Below are positions 1 through 9,927 of a DNA stretch of 64,000 nucleotides, one piece after another (the first letter of the stretch is position 1; every line of letters begins with the position of its first letter). The translations under genes and the position numbers were made by a program. This DNA is from Pirellulales bacterium (GTDB lineage: Bacteria; Planctomycetota; Planctomycetia; Pirellulales; UBA1268): assembly GCA_016776925.1 (NCBI GenBank), contig JADHSL010000004.1, positions 33,302 through 97,301 of the forward strand, written 5' to 3'. The notes beneath the pieces were generated by a model. The model was not told the DNA's origin. It searched no databases and saw nothing but the letters and a program-made list of their open reading frames with translations.

Positions 1-130
1 TATGGCCATGATATTCTGAATAATATCCAGCGGCTTTCGAACCCGCATTTTTCCAGGACTGAGCAACGGCGGGAACTGTTATTAACATGACGCATAAACC
101 AAGTGTGATGAACTGCAAACGGCGAATCAT
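1..130 (-). CDS. Partial CDS (N-terminus only) of an exported hypothetical protein; the gene continues off the left edge
   Basis: The reverse complement reads ATG at 128..130, then MIRRLQFITLGLCVMLITVPAVAQSW..., a signal-peptide-like sequence. A GAGGAGG-like Shine-Dalgarno lies just upstream on the minus strand (about 134..143). Confidence 0.4.
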   Translation of the reverse strand, partial: MIRRLQFITLGLCVMLITVPAVAQSWKNAGSKAAGYYSEYHGH

Positions 131-339
131 TGAGGGCCTCCTCGTTTTGTAATCAGAATTATACGTTGGTGTTGGACAGAGCACTTCTTAACCTCTATTG
201 TACCGGACAAAATATGATTTATCCAGTTTTTGTTTGATTGTGAACCTCGAGGTGAGGGCAGGCGTTTGAATCTAAGCGACTGGCCATCTCCCTAGTATCT
301 CAGAGATGTGATCATTAGAGAAGAAAAGGTAGTGTCGTA

Positions 340-1872
340 ATGAAGATGCCTCATTATTTGAAAAGCTCACTTCTGATTGTAACAGTTAATATCTTTCTCA
401 CCCATTCACTTGTTGTACTAGGCAGTCACCCAAACATTGTCGTCATCATGGCAGATGACCTCGGGCTTGGTGACATAAGTTTTCATGTTCGATCAATTCA
501 GCACGAAGTACCGGTCGTTGAAACTCCTACACTCGATGACCTTGCATCTCATTCACTTTGGTTTATCGACGGCCATTCGGCGACAGCCCTCTGCGCTCCC
601 ACTCGCTACGCCGTCATGAGCGGGAACAATAACTACCACTCCTACGCACCGTGGGGCGTGTGGAGCACTTTTGGCGAGACCGCATTTAAGCCCAACCATG
701 CCACGCTCGGAACTGTTGTTCGTGATGCTGGTTACCAAACGGGATTTATTGGCAAATGGCACTTAGGTGGTGACTTTTGTATCCCTAGAAGTACAGCCTT
801 TTATCGCGGACCAAAAAACGGCGACCTTACCGGCAAAGTTGATATGACGCGGTTCGTCTCAGGCGGCCCGAGAGATTGTGGATTCGAGTATGACTTCACC
901 TCACCATGTGGAATTCAGGGTCCAATTTATTTGCTTTATGAAAATCAGGCCTGGAGCCCAATAGCCGACAACTCGCAGATTATTTTTCTCAACGAGGATA
1001 CTGCAGTTCATCCCAAAGACATGAGTGATAAGGGACCTGGATTAGGTGATTCACAATGGGACTCCCGTGAAATAGGCCAGCTCCTTTCAGAGAAAGCGGT
1101 CGACTTCATAACGCATGCCGCGACGGGCAACAAACCCTTTTTTCTCTATTACTGTTCACCAATGGTTCACCTGCCACATTGTCCTCCCGATGTTTTTGAT
1201 GGGAAAAAAATAAAAGGGCAAACACCAACCAACCATCTCGACATGCTTCTCGACCTTGACATGCAAGTGAAACGAATTGTCAATGCTCTTAAAGCCACGG
1301 ATCAGTACGAGAATACGCTACTGATTGTCACCTCTGATAACGGTGGTCTCGCTGATCAAGTAGCGGAAAAGGAGGGGCACCAATCAAACGGTGGATGGAA
1401 AGGCAACAAGAACTCTCCACTTGAAGGAGGCCATCGTGTTCCATTCTTCGCAGTATGGCCTGGCCGAATTACTCCCGGTATTACAGAAGAACTTGCAAGT
1501 AATCAGGACATTCTTGCAACACTTGCAGCTCTGGTCGGCACCCGCATCCCAAACGATCAGGCAATGGACTCAAATAACCTACTCCCGCTGCTTACAGGAG
1601 ACGGAACATTCCGAAAAAGAAATATCTTTCTTCAACAAGCCGGTTCGCAGTGCGAGGTCATGGTTCGAAAAATGCCCTACAAACTGATCATGCAAAGTGA
1701 CCAAAAACGCACTCAATTCACACCTACAAAACTCTTTAACCTGAGCGCCGACCCGCACGAAGACACAAACCTTCTTGAACAACCGAGCTATCAGCCCATA
1801 GCGCAGTCACTCTTATCAGAATATAAAAATATCGTTGAATCGAAGCATTCAACAGTTCCGGATCACTTATAA
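340..1872 (+). CDS. Cys-type (formylglycine) sulfatase, exported
   Basis: 510-aa ORF with an N-terminal signal peptide. It has DDLGLGD metal-binding residues, the sulfatase signature C-A-P-T-R ([13 protein letters not shown]), GKWHLG, and SDNGG...GGHRVPF. Confidence 0.9.
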   Translation: MKMPHYLKSSLLIVTVNIFLTHSLVVLGSHPNIVVIMADDLGLGDISFHVRSIQHEVPVVETPTLDDLASHSLWFIDGHSATALCAPTRYAVMSGNNNYHSYAPWGVWSTFGETAFKPNHATLGTVVRDAGYQTGFIGKWHLGGDFCIPRSTAFYRGPKNGDLTGKVDMTRFVSGGPRDCGFEYDFTSPCGIQGPIYLLYENQAWSPIADNSQIIFLNEDTAVHPKDMSDKGPGLGDSQWDSREIGQLLSEKAVDFITHAATGNKPFFLYYCSPMVHLPHCPPDVFDGKKIKGQTPTNHLDMLLDLDMQVKRIVNALKATDQYENTLLIVTSDNGGLADQVAEKEGHQSNGGWKGNKNSPLEGGHRVPFFAVWPGRITPGITEELASNQDILATLAALVGTRIPNDQAMDSNNLLPLLTGDGTFRKRNIFLQQAGSQCEVMVRKMPYKLIMQSDQKRTQFTPTKLFNLSADPHEDTNLLEQPSYQPIAQSLLSEYKNIVESKHSTVPDHL

Positions 1873-2025
1873 AAAACAGAATTCACTACGTTTCTTGCGT
1901 ACAGGCAAGTCCTCTCAATGTATGGCTGAATCCAAAATCACAATCAGTCAGACATCTTTGTGAAAAATAGTGCTGTCGTCATAATGAATCAACCTTTTCC
2001 GTCAATCACTTGAGAGAGCCTGATT

Positions 2026-2808
2026 ATGAAAAATACTTTTCTTCGGATCACAATGTTGTGTGCTGTGTGTTGCATCTGCTTTTTGACCCCACCTTCGAAT
2101 ATTAAAGCGGAACTTTATGAAGTCCGTGGCTATATTCTGGGTGATAATGGCGATGAAGAGTCAGTTGACGAGTACCTGTCACATGCTCTGATCCCTGCCC
2201 TCAAGCGTCACGGCATTGGACCAGTTGGTGCTTTCACAAATGCTCCGAATGATGAGACCGGGGACAAAACAATATTTGTGATCATTCCTCACAACGACCC
2301 CTTGGCAATGGCGCAAAACCGTGAAGTTATTCAATCTGACCAGCAGTACCAAGGTGACGCAGCAGCCTTTTTTGCGCGTGGCAATCGGGACAAAAGTTAT
2401 CAACGGATATCAAGTGAGCTTTTGGCTGCAATGGAGTGTTGGCCTAAGGTAAAAGTTCCAACAGCAGTCACTCTCAACAAGAATCGTGTGTATGAACTAC
2501 GAACATATGAAAGTGCGCACGAAAAACTGGGGCACCTCAAAGTAGATATGTTTAATAACGGTGAGGTGCCAATTTTTCTTGACTGTGGAATCACCCCTAT
2601 TTTTATCGGACAAGCTGTGGTTGGTCCGTACACGCCAAACCTTACATATCTAACAATGTACCCCAGCGAAGAATCACGGCTTCAGGCCTGGAAATCGTTC
2701 CGAGAACATCCCGCTTGGAAAGTTCTTAGTAAAGTAACAAAGTACAAAGGAACAGTCAGTAAAATTCATAAGTACGTTCTTGTACCAAAAGCTTATTCAG
2801 AAATGTGA
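2026..2808 (+). CDS. Exported protein with two NIPSNAP-like repeats
   Basis: 260-aa ORF with a signal peptide. Two dimeric-alpha-beta-barrel-like halves are each introduced by (L/V)YE(V/L)R(G/T)Y. The second half (VYELRTYES...LTYLTMYPSEESRLQAW) is typical NIPSNAP. Confidence 0.7.
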   Translation: MKNTFLRITMLCAVCCICFLTPPSNIKAELYEVRGYILGDNGDEESVDEYLSHALIPALKRHGIGPVGAFTNAPNDETGDKTIFVIIPHNDPLAMAQNREVIQSDQQYQGDAAAFFARGNRDKSYQRISSELLAAMECWPKVKVPTAVTLNKNRVYELRTYESAHEKLGHLKVDMFNNGEVPIFLDCGITPIFIGQAVVGPYTPNLTYLTMYPSEESRLQAWKSFREHPAWKVLSKVTKYKGTVSKIHKYVLVPKAYSEM

Positions 2809-2836
2809 TGCCATAAGCCAATTTAATATGGACACA

Positions 2837-4417
2837 TCAATCGGCTTTGGCCGGCTTGGTGAGTTTGTTTAAAAGCTTTTGCTCTTCTTCGAATACCTTA
2901 CGGAAAGGGGTGTAAATCGTTTCATCAGATGTCCAACGTTTGGGTTCTGGGTCAGGCTCTTTAAGACTTCCCGAAGGGTAATCACGACCACGCATACTTT
3001 CATCGATCGATTCAGAGAACTGCGCATACTCACGCATCAACTTTTGGAAGATGACTGGCTTTTCCTGAGCAATACTTTTTGACTCTGTCGGATCGGCTAC
3101 AAGGTCAAACAACTCCTGAGACTCTTTCACTCTTTTGCCCTGCTTCGTAGTTTTGGATGTGTTTAACACGACCAACTTATATTGCCCATTAATCCAGGCA
3201 CCACCACCGTTCCAGCGGAAACCCATCGGCTTATTGCGCTCCCGTGACTCACCATCAAAGAGTTGGCACAAACTGATACCGTCATGTACCGGCAGCATGG
3301 TTTCTTCTGGAAGCCCAACAACGTCGAGAATCGTTGGAAACATATCAACTGCACCGGCATGAAACTGTGAGACTTTTGGCTCAATTCGTGACGGCCATTC
3401 AACAATCGACGGAACTCGCAGCCCCCCCTCGTAGAGCGTCCCCTTTGAACCACGCAATGGTACCATGCCATCAATTGCTTCATTCAATTGACCGACCGTC
3501 GGCTGAAACTCTTTATTCGGCAATCCTCCATTATCTGATGAAAACCAGAGCAGTGTATTGTCTGCGACACCAAGCTCTCGAAGACCACTACGAAGCGCGC
3601 CAATACTTCTGTCCATTGCTACAAGTTCACCATAGTGTCGCTGTGCCTGAAACGACAGTTTGGAAAAGTGTTCCCTATCTGATTCCAAAGACGCCCAGGG
3701 GGAGTGCGGCGTTCCAAACCAGATAACTGTAAATGTTCGTGCGTCAGAATTCGTATTGAGTTGTTCTTTCAGAAAACGGAGTGCTTCCTTTACGACTACT
3801 TCGGATGAGTCACCTGTCTTCTTTTCAAAGTCACCTGCTGGTTTTCCACGTCGCCCCATAAGTGGGTGCATATCGAAAAAATTTGTAACCGAGAGCCAGT
3901 GCCCAAACCCGAAGGCATCTGGGCGACGTTCATCGTTTGGCAAAATAGGAATGCCAGCTCCTCGAATTCCATTCAAATGCCACTTACCAAAATGACTCGT
4001 TACATAACCGACTTCAGCAAGTGCCTGAGCAATAGTTTTTTCCTGTAAACGTAAAGGATATCCGTGCGACATCACTCCAGTGCGTTCATGTGTTCGCCCG
4101 GTAAGCACCGTTGCCCGAGTAGGTGAACATACCGGACCGCCTGCATAAAAACGATCAAGCCGAAGACCATGCGCGGCCATATCATCAAGATGTGGTGTCT
4201 TGAGAAATGGGTGTCCGTAATAACCTGTCTGCCCCCACCCCTGGTCATCTGCCATCACAAGCACAATATGGGGACGCCTCTCACTATTCTCACGTGCATC
4301 ACAAACTGAACAGAAGACAAAACAGACTGCCACGAGAGAACTAATAACAGATTCTCTTTGTTTCAATATTTTCATCACTCGACCCATTGGGTTTTGATTG
4401 CTAAAAATTACCTTCAA
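2837..4417 (-). CDS. Cys-type sulfatase, exported
   Basis: 526-aa ORF with MADDQGWG, signature VCSPTRATVLTGR, GKWHLN, SDNGG and GGLRVP. The true start may be the internal Met at 4375 (MKILKQRES...), which gives a normal signal peptide. Confidence 0.9.
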   Translation of the reverse strand: MKVIFSNQNPMGRVMKILKQRESVISSLVAVCFVFCSVCDARENSERRPHIVLVMADDQGWGQTGYYGHPFLKTPHLDDMAAHGLRLDRFYAGGPVCSPTRATVLTGRTHERTGVMSHGYPLRLQEKTIAQALAEVGYVTSHFGKWHLNGIRGAGIPILPNDERRPDAFGFGHWLSVTNFFDMHPLMGRRGKPAGDFEKKTGDSSEVVVKEALRFLKEQLNTNSDARTFTVIWFGTPHSPWASLESDREHFSKLSFQAQRHYGELVAMDRSIGALRSGLRELGVADNTLLWFSSDNGGLPNKEFQPTVGQLNEAIDGMVPLRGSKGTLYEGGLRVPSIVEWPSRIEPKVSQFHAGAVDMFPTILDVVGLPEETMLPVHDGISLCQLFDGESRERNKPMGFRWNGGGAWINGQYKLVVLNTSKTTKQGKRVKESQELFDLVADPTESKSIAQEKPVIFQKLMREYAQFSESIDESMRGRDYPSGSLKEPDPEPKRWTSDETIYTPFRKVFEEEQKLLNKLTKPAKAD

Positions 4418-4448
4418 AAAACTTCACAGAACACATGGAAGTCCTTTA

Positions 4449-6050
4449 TTACTCTGCTGGTTGCCTTGTATAGCCTTCATCCCCCGCAGCAGTTCGTGCC
4501 TGTTCGAGAAGAAATCCAACAACACGACTATATTCCGGTTTATCGAGAAGATTTTCACTCTCCATTAAATCATTTGTGAGGTTATACAGTTCTTGAGGGA
4601 AAAGTTCCTGTTGCCATGCGTAACGATGATCAAGAAAAAGCTTCCACTCCCCAATAAGCGGTGTTGCATTGGACCGTACCGCAACCCAAGCCCTCTTGTC
4701 TGACGTTTTTTTCGAAGCCTCCTTGTGATCATTCGGAAAAATTGCCACACGCGGTGCAGTCAGAGATCCCTTCATCGCCGCGAGTTGACTGATACTGTCT
4801 TCTGCTCCGTACGAATGACCATGAAGTGGTGGAAGTGGCTTCCCAATAGCTTCTGCCACCGTCGCAAACATATCGTTAAGGGCACACAACCTTGCACACT
4901 CACGCCCTGGAGTTTCCACCCGTCCATCTCCTACGCCTCCATATGGCCAGCAAGCAAGAAACGGCACTCGATGCCCTCCTTCATAAACTGATCCCTTATG
5001 ACTCCGAAGCGGCCCGGTACAGACTTTTGATGATCGCTCAGCACCGTTGTCACTCGAAAAGAGAAACAATGTGTTGTCGCGAAGCATGTGGCCCGGTCGA
5101 CGCGGATCGGGAGTCCTATCCAGGAAGTCAAGCAGCCGTGCAACATGAACATCATTTTGATATACAAAATCAAGCCTCTGACTGTTTGTTAATGTGCCAC
5201 TTTTGAATGTGCTGGCACCCGCAACAGGATCTTCTCCCAATGACTCAGATGGCGTATACGGGCTGTGATTCGAGGGAGAAGCAAAATAGAGAAGGAACGG
5301 CTGTTTTTCTGATGCGGCCTGCTCTAAAAATTTGAGTGCTTTTTCATCCAGCTTTTGTCCGACCTTATCAAGCTGATAGGAACCATCCAGCTTTTTCCCG
5401 TCACCCGTCGCGCCAATAATCGATCGCCCGTCGATCCAGCCCGGGCCAATTCGTTGTGTCGGGCTGTTCTTCTTCTGCCCATCTGGACCAGAGGTTCCAT
5501 GACTTCGAGACACCCCAAAAAACTTATCAAACCCATGATCGAGAGGACCGTCAGCAAGCGGCTTGGTGAGATCAGCATCATCCCATCCCGTTGCTGCATT
5601 CCCCTCTTTGTTGCGGTAAGTTAGACCAAGGTGCCACTTTCCAAACATTGCTGTTTGATAGCCCGCAGCCTGCAAAAACTCAGGGAATGTAACCCGTTCT
5701 CGCTCAATGAGCGGTGGACAATGTACCCCAAATAAGACCCAGTGCTTTAGACGGGTTCTCCAACAATAGCGTCCAGTGAGCAAGGCATAGCGTGTCGGAG
5801 AACATCGACTTGATGGTGAGTGTGCATCCGTAAAGCGAACACCTTGTTTTGCGAGACGTTCCATCGCCGGTGTCGAAAGCTGCAACGAATCTGGATTCTT
5901 CGTCCAATCCTGATACGCACTTGTATCTCCAAGCCCCATGTCATCAGCTAGAAAAATAATGACATTGGGTGGCTGCTCAAGACGAGAGGGTTCTGCAAAA
6001 CAAAAACAGGGGATGGATAAAGAAATGAAAAGCAACCCGTAATGATTCAT
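4449..6050 (-). CDS. Cys-type sulfatase, exported
   Basis: 533-aa ORF with a signal peptide, LADDMGLGD, signature RCSPTRYALLTGR, GKWHLG, SDNGA and GGHRVPF. Confidence 0.9.
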   Translation of the reverse strand: MNHYGLLFISLSIPCFCFAEPSRLEQPPNVIIFLADDMGLGDTSAYQDWTKNPDSLQLSTPAMERLAKQGVRFTDAHSPSSRCSPTRYALLTGRYCWRTRLKHWVLFGVHCPPLIERERVTFPEFLQAAGYQTAMFGKWHLGLTYRNKEGNAATGWDDADLTKPLADGPLDHGFDKFFGVSRSHGTSGPDGQKKNSPTQRIGPGWIDGRSIIGATGDGKKLDGSYQLDKVGQKLDEKALKFLEQAASEKQPFLLYFASPSNHSPYTPSESLGEDPVAGASTFKSGTLTNSQRLDFVYQNDVHVARLLDFLDRTPDPRRPGHMLRDNTLFLFSSDNGAERSSKVCTGPLRSHKGSVYEGGHRVPFLACWPYGGVGDGRVETPGRECARLCALNDMFATVAEAIGKPLPPLHGHSYGAEDSISQLAAMKGSLTAPRVAIFPNDHKEASKKTSDKRAWVAVRSNATPLIGEWKLFLDHRYAWQQELFPQELYNLTNDLMESENLLDKPEYSRVVGFLLEQARTAAGDEGYTRQPAE

Positions 6051-6585
6051 AATTCATGGACCTTCTAATCAAAGCATGGGCTAATGACACGGCATTTCGT
6101 AACAGAAAATCAAAGTCGTAAACATCTGCCTCCTTACATTCCTCTCTTGCATGAGGCCACACACTTCTTTTGGGCACAAGCGAGTTGCCCGTGTTTCAGT
6201 GACATCGAACGACGGTATTGTTGTACAACAGAGACCGGTGACGCTGACAGTTTCTATCGAAAATAGATTGACTAAAGTTGCAGATGGAACAGGCACATGG
6301 ATAGGCTGAGCTATTTCCTTCACATCACATCCGTCAGAAAAACAGCCTATTTCTCACAATGAAAGGAATTCCTTAGAGGGGACTCATTTCCAATGCCCTG
6401 GGCCTGCGGACATCGAGTGTCAATTCGTGGTAAAAAAGGGGCGTCTCCTATAATTGAGGAATATCACATTGGATCAAATGTTTTAACCTCTCTCGACCCC
6501 AAACCAACAAGATCATGCGTCACACCGCTTGATCTCGACGGAAATACTTTCTGCTCTCCTCAATCAGAAGGACTGGACTACTACT

Positions 6586-7302
6586 ATGACTCGACTTGTC
6601 TTGACCTCAATCATATGTGCTTTTTTAACGTTTCTTTTGTTACGCAATGAGTCACGAGCAATCGAGCCCGTGCCCAAAGTCCTGACACAAGAACAACAAG
6701 CACAACTTACGCCTCAGAGCATCTTGGACGAACTTCTGGCGGGCAACAGACGATTTGTATCCGATGACCTCACAGAGCGAAACCACTCGAAACAAGTTCG
6801 AGAAGCATATGCAGGACAATTCCCAAAAGCCGTAGTTTTATCATGCCTCGATAGCCGAATTCCGGTTGAGGACGTTTTTGATCGTGGTGTTGGAGATGTT
6901 TTTGTGGCACGCGTGGCCGGAAACTTTATCAATGAAGACATCCTTGGCAGTATGGAGTTTGCATGTCATGTGGCTGGTGCAAAACTGGTTCTTGTTTTAG
7001 GACATACTCATTGTGGTGCTATCCAAGCAGCTATTGATAACGTTCAACTAGGAAACATCACACCGATGCTGGCCAAGATTCGCCCTGCTCTTGAAACGGC
7101 AAAACCATTTAGTGGAAAGAAGACAAGTGCGAACCCTGACTACGTTGCACACATTTGCCATGAAAACATTCGCATGGCCGTGAGGATGATCCGAAACGAA
7201 AGTGAAATCTTAGAAGGGCTTGAAGACGACGGCTCAATAGACATCGTTGGTGCCTATTATGACCTTAGCTCTGGCACCGTCTCGCTTGTCGAAGGAAAAT
7301 AG
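6586..7302 (+). CDS. Beta-class carbonic anhydrase with an N-terminal signal/anchor (canonical active site)
   Basis: Both PROSITE-type beta-CA signatures are intact: SCLDSRIPVE and EFACHVAGAKLVLVLGHTHCGA. The ORF opens at 6529, but the Met at 6586 (MTRLVLTSIICAFLTFLLL) gives a clean hydrophobic leader. Confidence 0.85.
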   Translation: MTRLVLTSIICAFLTFLLLRNESRAIEPVPKVLTQEQQAQLTPQSILDELLAGNRRFVSDDLTERNHSKQVREAYAGQFPKAVVLSCLDSRIPVEDVFDRGVGDVFVARVAGNFINEDILGSMEFACHVAGAKLVLVLGHTHCGAIQAAIDNVQLGNITPMLAKIRPALETAKPFSGKKTSANPDYVAHICHENIRMAVRMIRNESEILEGLEDDGSIDIVGAYYDLSSGTVSLVEGK

Positions 7303-7358
7303 AATCGGGGTTGATGCTTTTGATTACCTGCATTTCATCTTTTTGTCGTCGCATTACA

Positions 7359-8750
7359 TTAGTCAATCGTTACATGTGCAGTGCCCTCAACTTCATTGAT
7401 AACTAATTTGACATGCGTTGCTTTTCGCCCGACATCAAATTGTGCAGTAAACAGTCGGCCCGAACTCGACTTGACTGTCAGCTTATACCGGCCGTGAAAA
7501 CCACTGAACACGCACGCTCCATTTTCATCCGTTTCACCAGTTACGTGCGTGGTCAATTTATGGTTCAACAGACTATTCAGCGCCTCATATAGCTCAGTTG
7601 GCTTGCCATCTTCACCAAAAAGGCGATTTCCTGTGAATTTATCGTAGTTCGCCCATAGGTTAAGAACTCGCACCGACGGATGACTAAAAGCCGTTGCCGC
7701 TACTTGGACGAAATACTCAGCAAGTGTGGCATCATCCCAGTCACCCGTACGATAGCCGCCTTCTATTTCTCCTTTGATAATCCCAAATTCCGTAACGTGA
7801 ATCTTTATGTCACTGTCTTTGTACTGTTCGAATGTATCGAACATTTCTTTGGGGCTTGCCCACAAGCGACGTGGTTTATGCGCGTGCATTGAGACGAAGT
7901 TAATTCCGGGGTAACGCGACGTTACCTCCTCAACACTGGGCAAACGGTTTTCTTTATTGAACGACCAACAGTCGCACACACCGAGTTCAACTTCTGGAAA
8001 CTCTTTTCGAAGTGTTTTGAATAGTTCGGTCTGATCACAGAAAACTTTCGCTCTCTGGATGTGAGTATGCCAGTCTTCATTAAAAACCTGAAAGAAGTTC
8101 ACACTGTCCTGATACCGATTGAGAACAGCCCTGCTATTCGCTAGTTGACTTGCTGCCTTCTCAGCATCTGTCTGCAAAGAGGTGAACCATTCTGGATGGT
8201 ATCCCGAAAGAAAATGCCACTCGATATTGATTTCATTGGCATCACAATAGTCAACCATGGAATCAATTTTCGAGAAGTCATACACCCCTAGATCGGGCGC
8301 ATAGTTTTTCCATTTCGTAAGATTCTCCGGACACGTAAAGTGAAAAAGACTACTCAGAAGGTGTCGGTTTCTCGAACTTTTTTCTGTCGCCAAATTGCAA
8401 TGACCGAAATGAAATTCCAGTTTCTGCAATTCAGCAGAAACTTGGCATGTTTGCAGCGGAGTACCATCACTCGAAACAATCTTTAAATGTATTTCATCCT
8501 TACGTTCTCTTTCCATACTTGGGATGACGACCTCACTGATGAACTCATCGTCGTTACTAAAAAAAGCTGTAACTGCCGGGTGCAGCGGGACATCTTTCTG
8601 CAATGCCAAAAGTCTATTTTCCCCACGGGCAGGCCAGCTAAGCAACGGAAACAGTGCGAAGAGGATGACACACCTAGCACCGAATACATAAACACATCGA
8701 CTCATCCGAAACATAATCATGAAAAGCCTTTTACAGAAAAATTCCAACAA
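7359..8750 (-). CDS. Clan GH-A (GH10-like) TIM-barrel glycoside hydrolase with a C-terminal beta-sandwich (CarboxypepD_reg-like) domain
   Basis: 463-aa ORF. It has an acid/base-like FQVFNEDW (N-E pair) and a nucleophile-like IHVTEFGI spaced about 90 aa apart, as in 4/7 retaining hydrolases. The C-terminal GETDENGACVFSGFHGRYKLTV motif fits the beta-sandwich. The start is probably the internal Met at 8705. Confidence 0.5.
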   Translation of the reverse strand: MLEFFCKRLFMIMFRMSRCVYVFGARCVILFALFPLLSWPARGENRLLALQKDVPLHPAVTAFFSNDDEFISEVVIPSMERERKDEIHLKIVSSDGTPLQTCQVSAELQKLEFHFGHCNLATEKSSRNRHLLSSLFHFTCPENLTKWKNYAPDLGVYDFSKIDSMVDYCDANEINIEWHFLSGYHPEWFTSLQTDAEKAASQLANSRAVLNRYQDSVNFFQVFNEDWHTHIQRAKVFCDQTELFKTLRKEFPEVELGVCDCWSFNKENRLPSVEEVTSRYPGINFVSMHAHKPRRLWASPKEMFDTFEQYKDSDIKIHVTEFGIIKGEIEGGYRTGDWDDATLAEYFVQVAATAFSHPSVRVLNLWANYDKFTGNRLFGEDGKPTELYEALNSLLNHKLTTHVTGETDENGACVFSGFHGRYKLTVKSSSGRLFTAQFDVGRKATHVKLVINEVEGTAHVTID

Positions 8751-8898
8751 AGCCAGAGACCCATGATTTCAAAAAATAGCAAGGGCATCAGGACACAAAA
8801 TTTCAATGTTCAAAAGAGGAGTAATTTCTTGATATTTTTTTAAAATGAATGTGACCACAACACACACCGGCATGGAACACTTCGTGTGGTTTGCATTA

Positions 8899-9885
8899 TT
8901 ACCTGGCAGAAAGCTTTTCGATAAGAAATGACGTGGCATCCGCATGAAGAATATTTGGTGCATCAGGATAAACAAGTTCACATAGAACACCATTCTCTTG
9001 ACAATGATTTTGCAGTTTCACCCCAAAATTTGAAGTGTGTGTGGGATCCCGTTGGTCTTGCCCTAAAGAAGGTGGAGCGGAATAGATGAGATAGACTGGA
9101 GGATCATCTTTTGAAACGAGACTATAGGGACTGTATTCGGCTAAAAGTGGAAGAATGGCATCACGGCTTTTGAGAAATGTCTTAAAATCCAAAAATCCAA
9201 ATGCATGGCCACCATACTTGCTGTTAGGAGTCCATTCTTTCATCTGCTGTGGATCGAGAGAAGTCTGCGCTCCTTTGACCGCAGCACAACAAAGACGTGT
9301 GGATTGCCGAGCAACTGGATCATCACTAGTGGAGTCACATAGATCGTCATGAAAAGCCAACCAAAGGCTTGAACATGCTCCTGCCGATCCTCCGGCTGCG
9401 GCAATTTGTGTTGAATTAATATTCCATAGCTTTGACTTACTTCGAATAAACTGAAGGCAGCGAGCAGCATCATGCAAGGGCGCTTTCACTGGCGGCTCCA
9501 CGCCTTCCTGAATTGCTTGATCAATGAACCGATAGTTAGGCGCAGCTACTGATATTCCTGCATTTAACAAAGCTTGGACATCGACAAAACGATCAACACG
9601 TTCCTTCGCCCCACCTCGCCACCCGCCCCCATGAATAACAAACACAAGTGGAGTTGGACCCTTCCCCTCTGCCTGCCAGATATCAACTACGTTTCGCTCA
9701 TGATCGCCATATCGAGCACTCTGGATTGTTGGAGTCGGAACAGCAGGAGCGTAGCTTTCACTTACCTGTGACCGTCTCTTCTGCGAGCCTCCCTTTGAAG
9801 CATCCTGGGCCTGAACAATCGTCGAGATCACGCATCCAACCAAAACACCCAGAATTACCTTCCAACACATTGGCTGATTCTTCAT
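8899..9885 (-). CDS. Exported alpha/beta-hydrolase-fold esterase (HGGGW / GxSxG type)
   Basis: 328-aa ORF with a signal peptide, oxyanion-hole motif VIHGGGWRGG, and nucleophile elbow GGSAG. Confidence 0.75.
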   Translation of the reverse strand: MKNQPMCWKVILGVLVGCVISTIVQAQDASKGGSQKRRSQVSESYAPAVPTPTIQSARYGDHERNVVDIWQAEGKGPTPLVFVIHGGGWRGGAKERVDRFVDVQALLNAGISVAAPNYRFIDQAIQEGVEPPVKAPLHDAARCLQFIRSKSKLWNINSTQIAAAGGSAGACSSLWLAFHDDLCDSTSDDPVARQSTRLCCAAVKGAQTSLDPQQMKEWTPNSKYGGHAFGFLDFKTFLKSRDAILPLLAEYSPYSLVSKDDPPVYLIYSAPPSLGQDQRDPTHTSNFGVKLQNHCQENGVLCELVYPDAPNILHADATSFLIEKLSAR

Positions 9886-9927
9886 TTGTTTCCTCCCAAC
9901 AGATAACTTAAAGAACTCTTTTTAAGT

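Noticed and set aside
6051-6585. Small ORFs (6084..6266, 6081..6323, 6393..6650) in the 535-bp spacer upstream of the carbonic anhydrase gene.
   Set aside because: They overlap each other on both strands, lack RBS-like sequences, and encode Cys/His/Thr-rich low-plausibility peptides. The region is more simply a long promoter or leader region.
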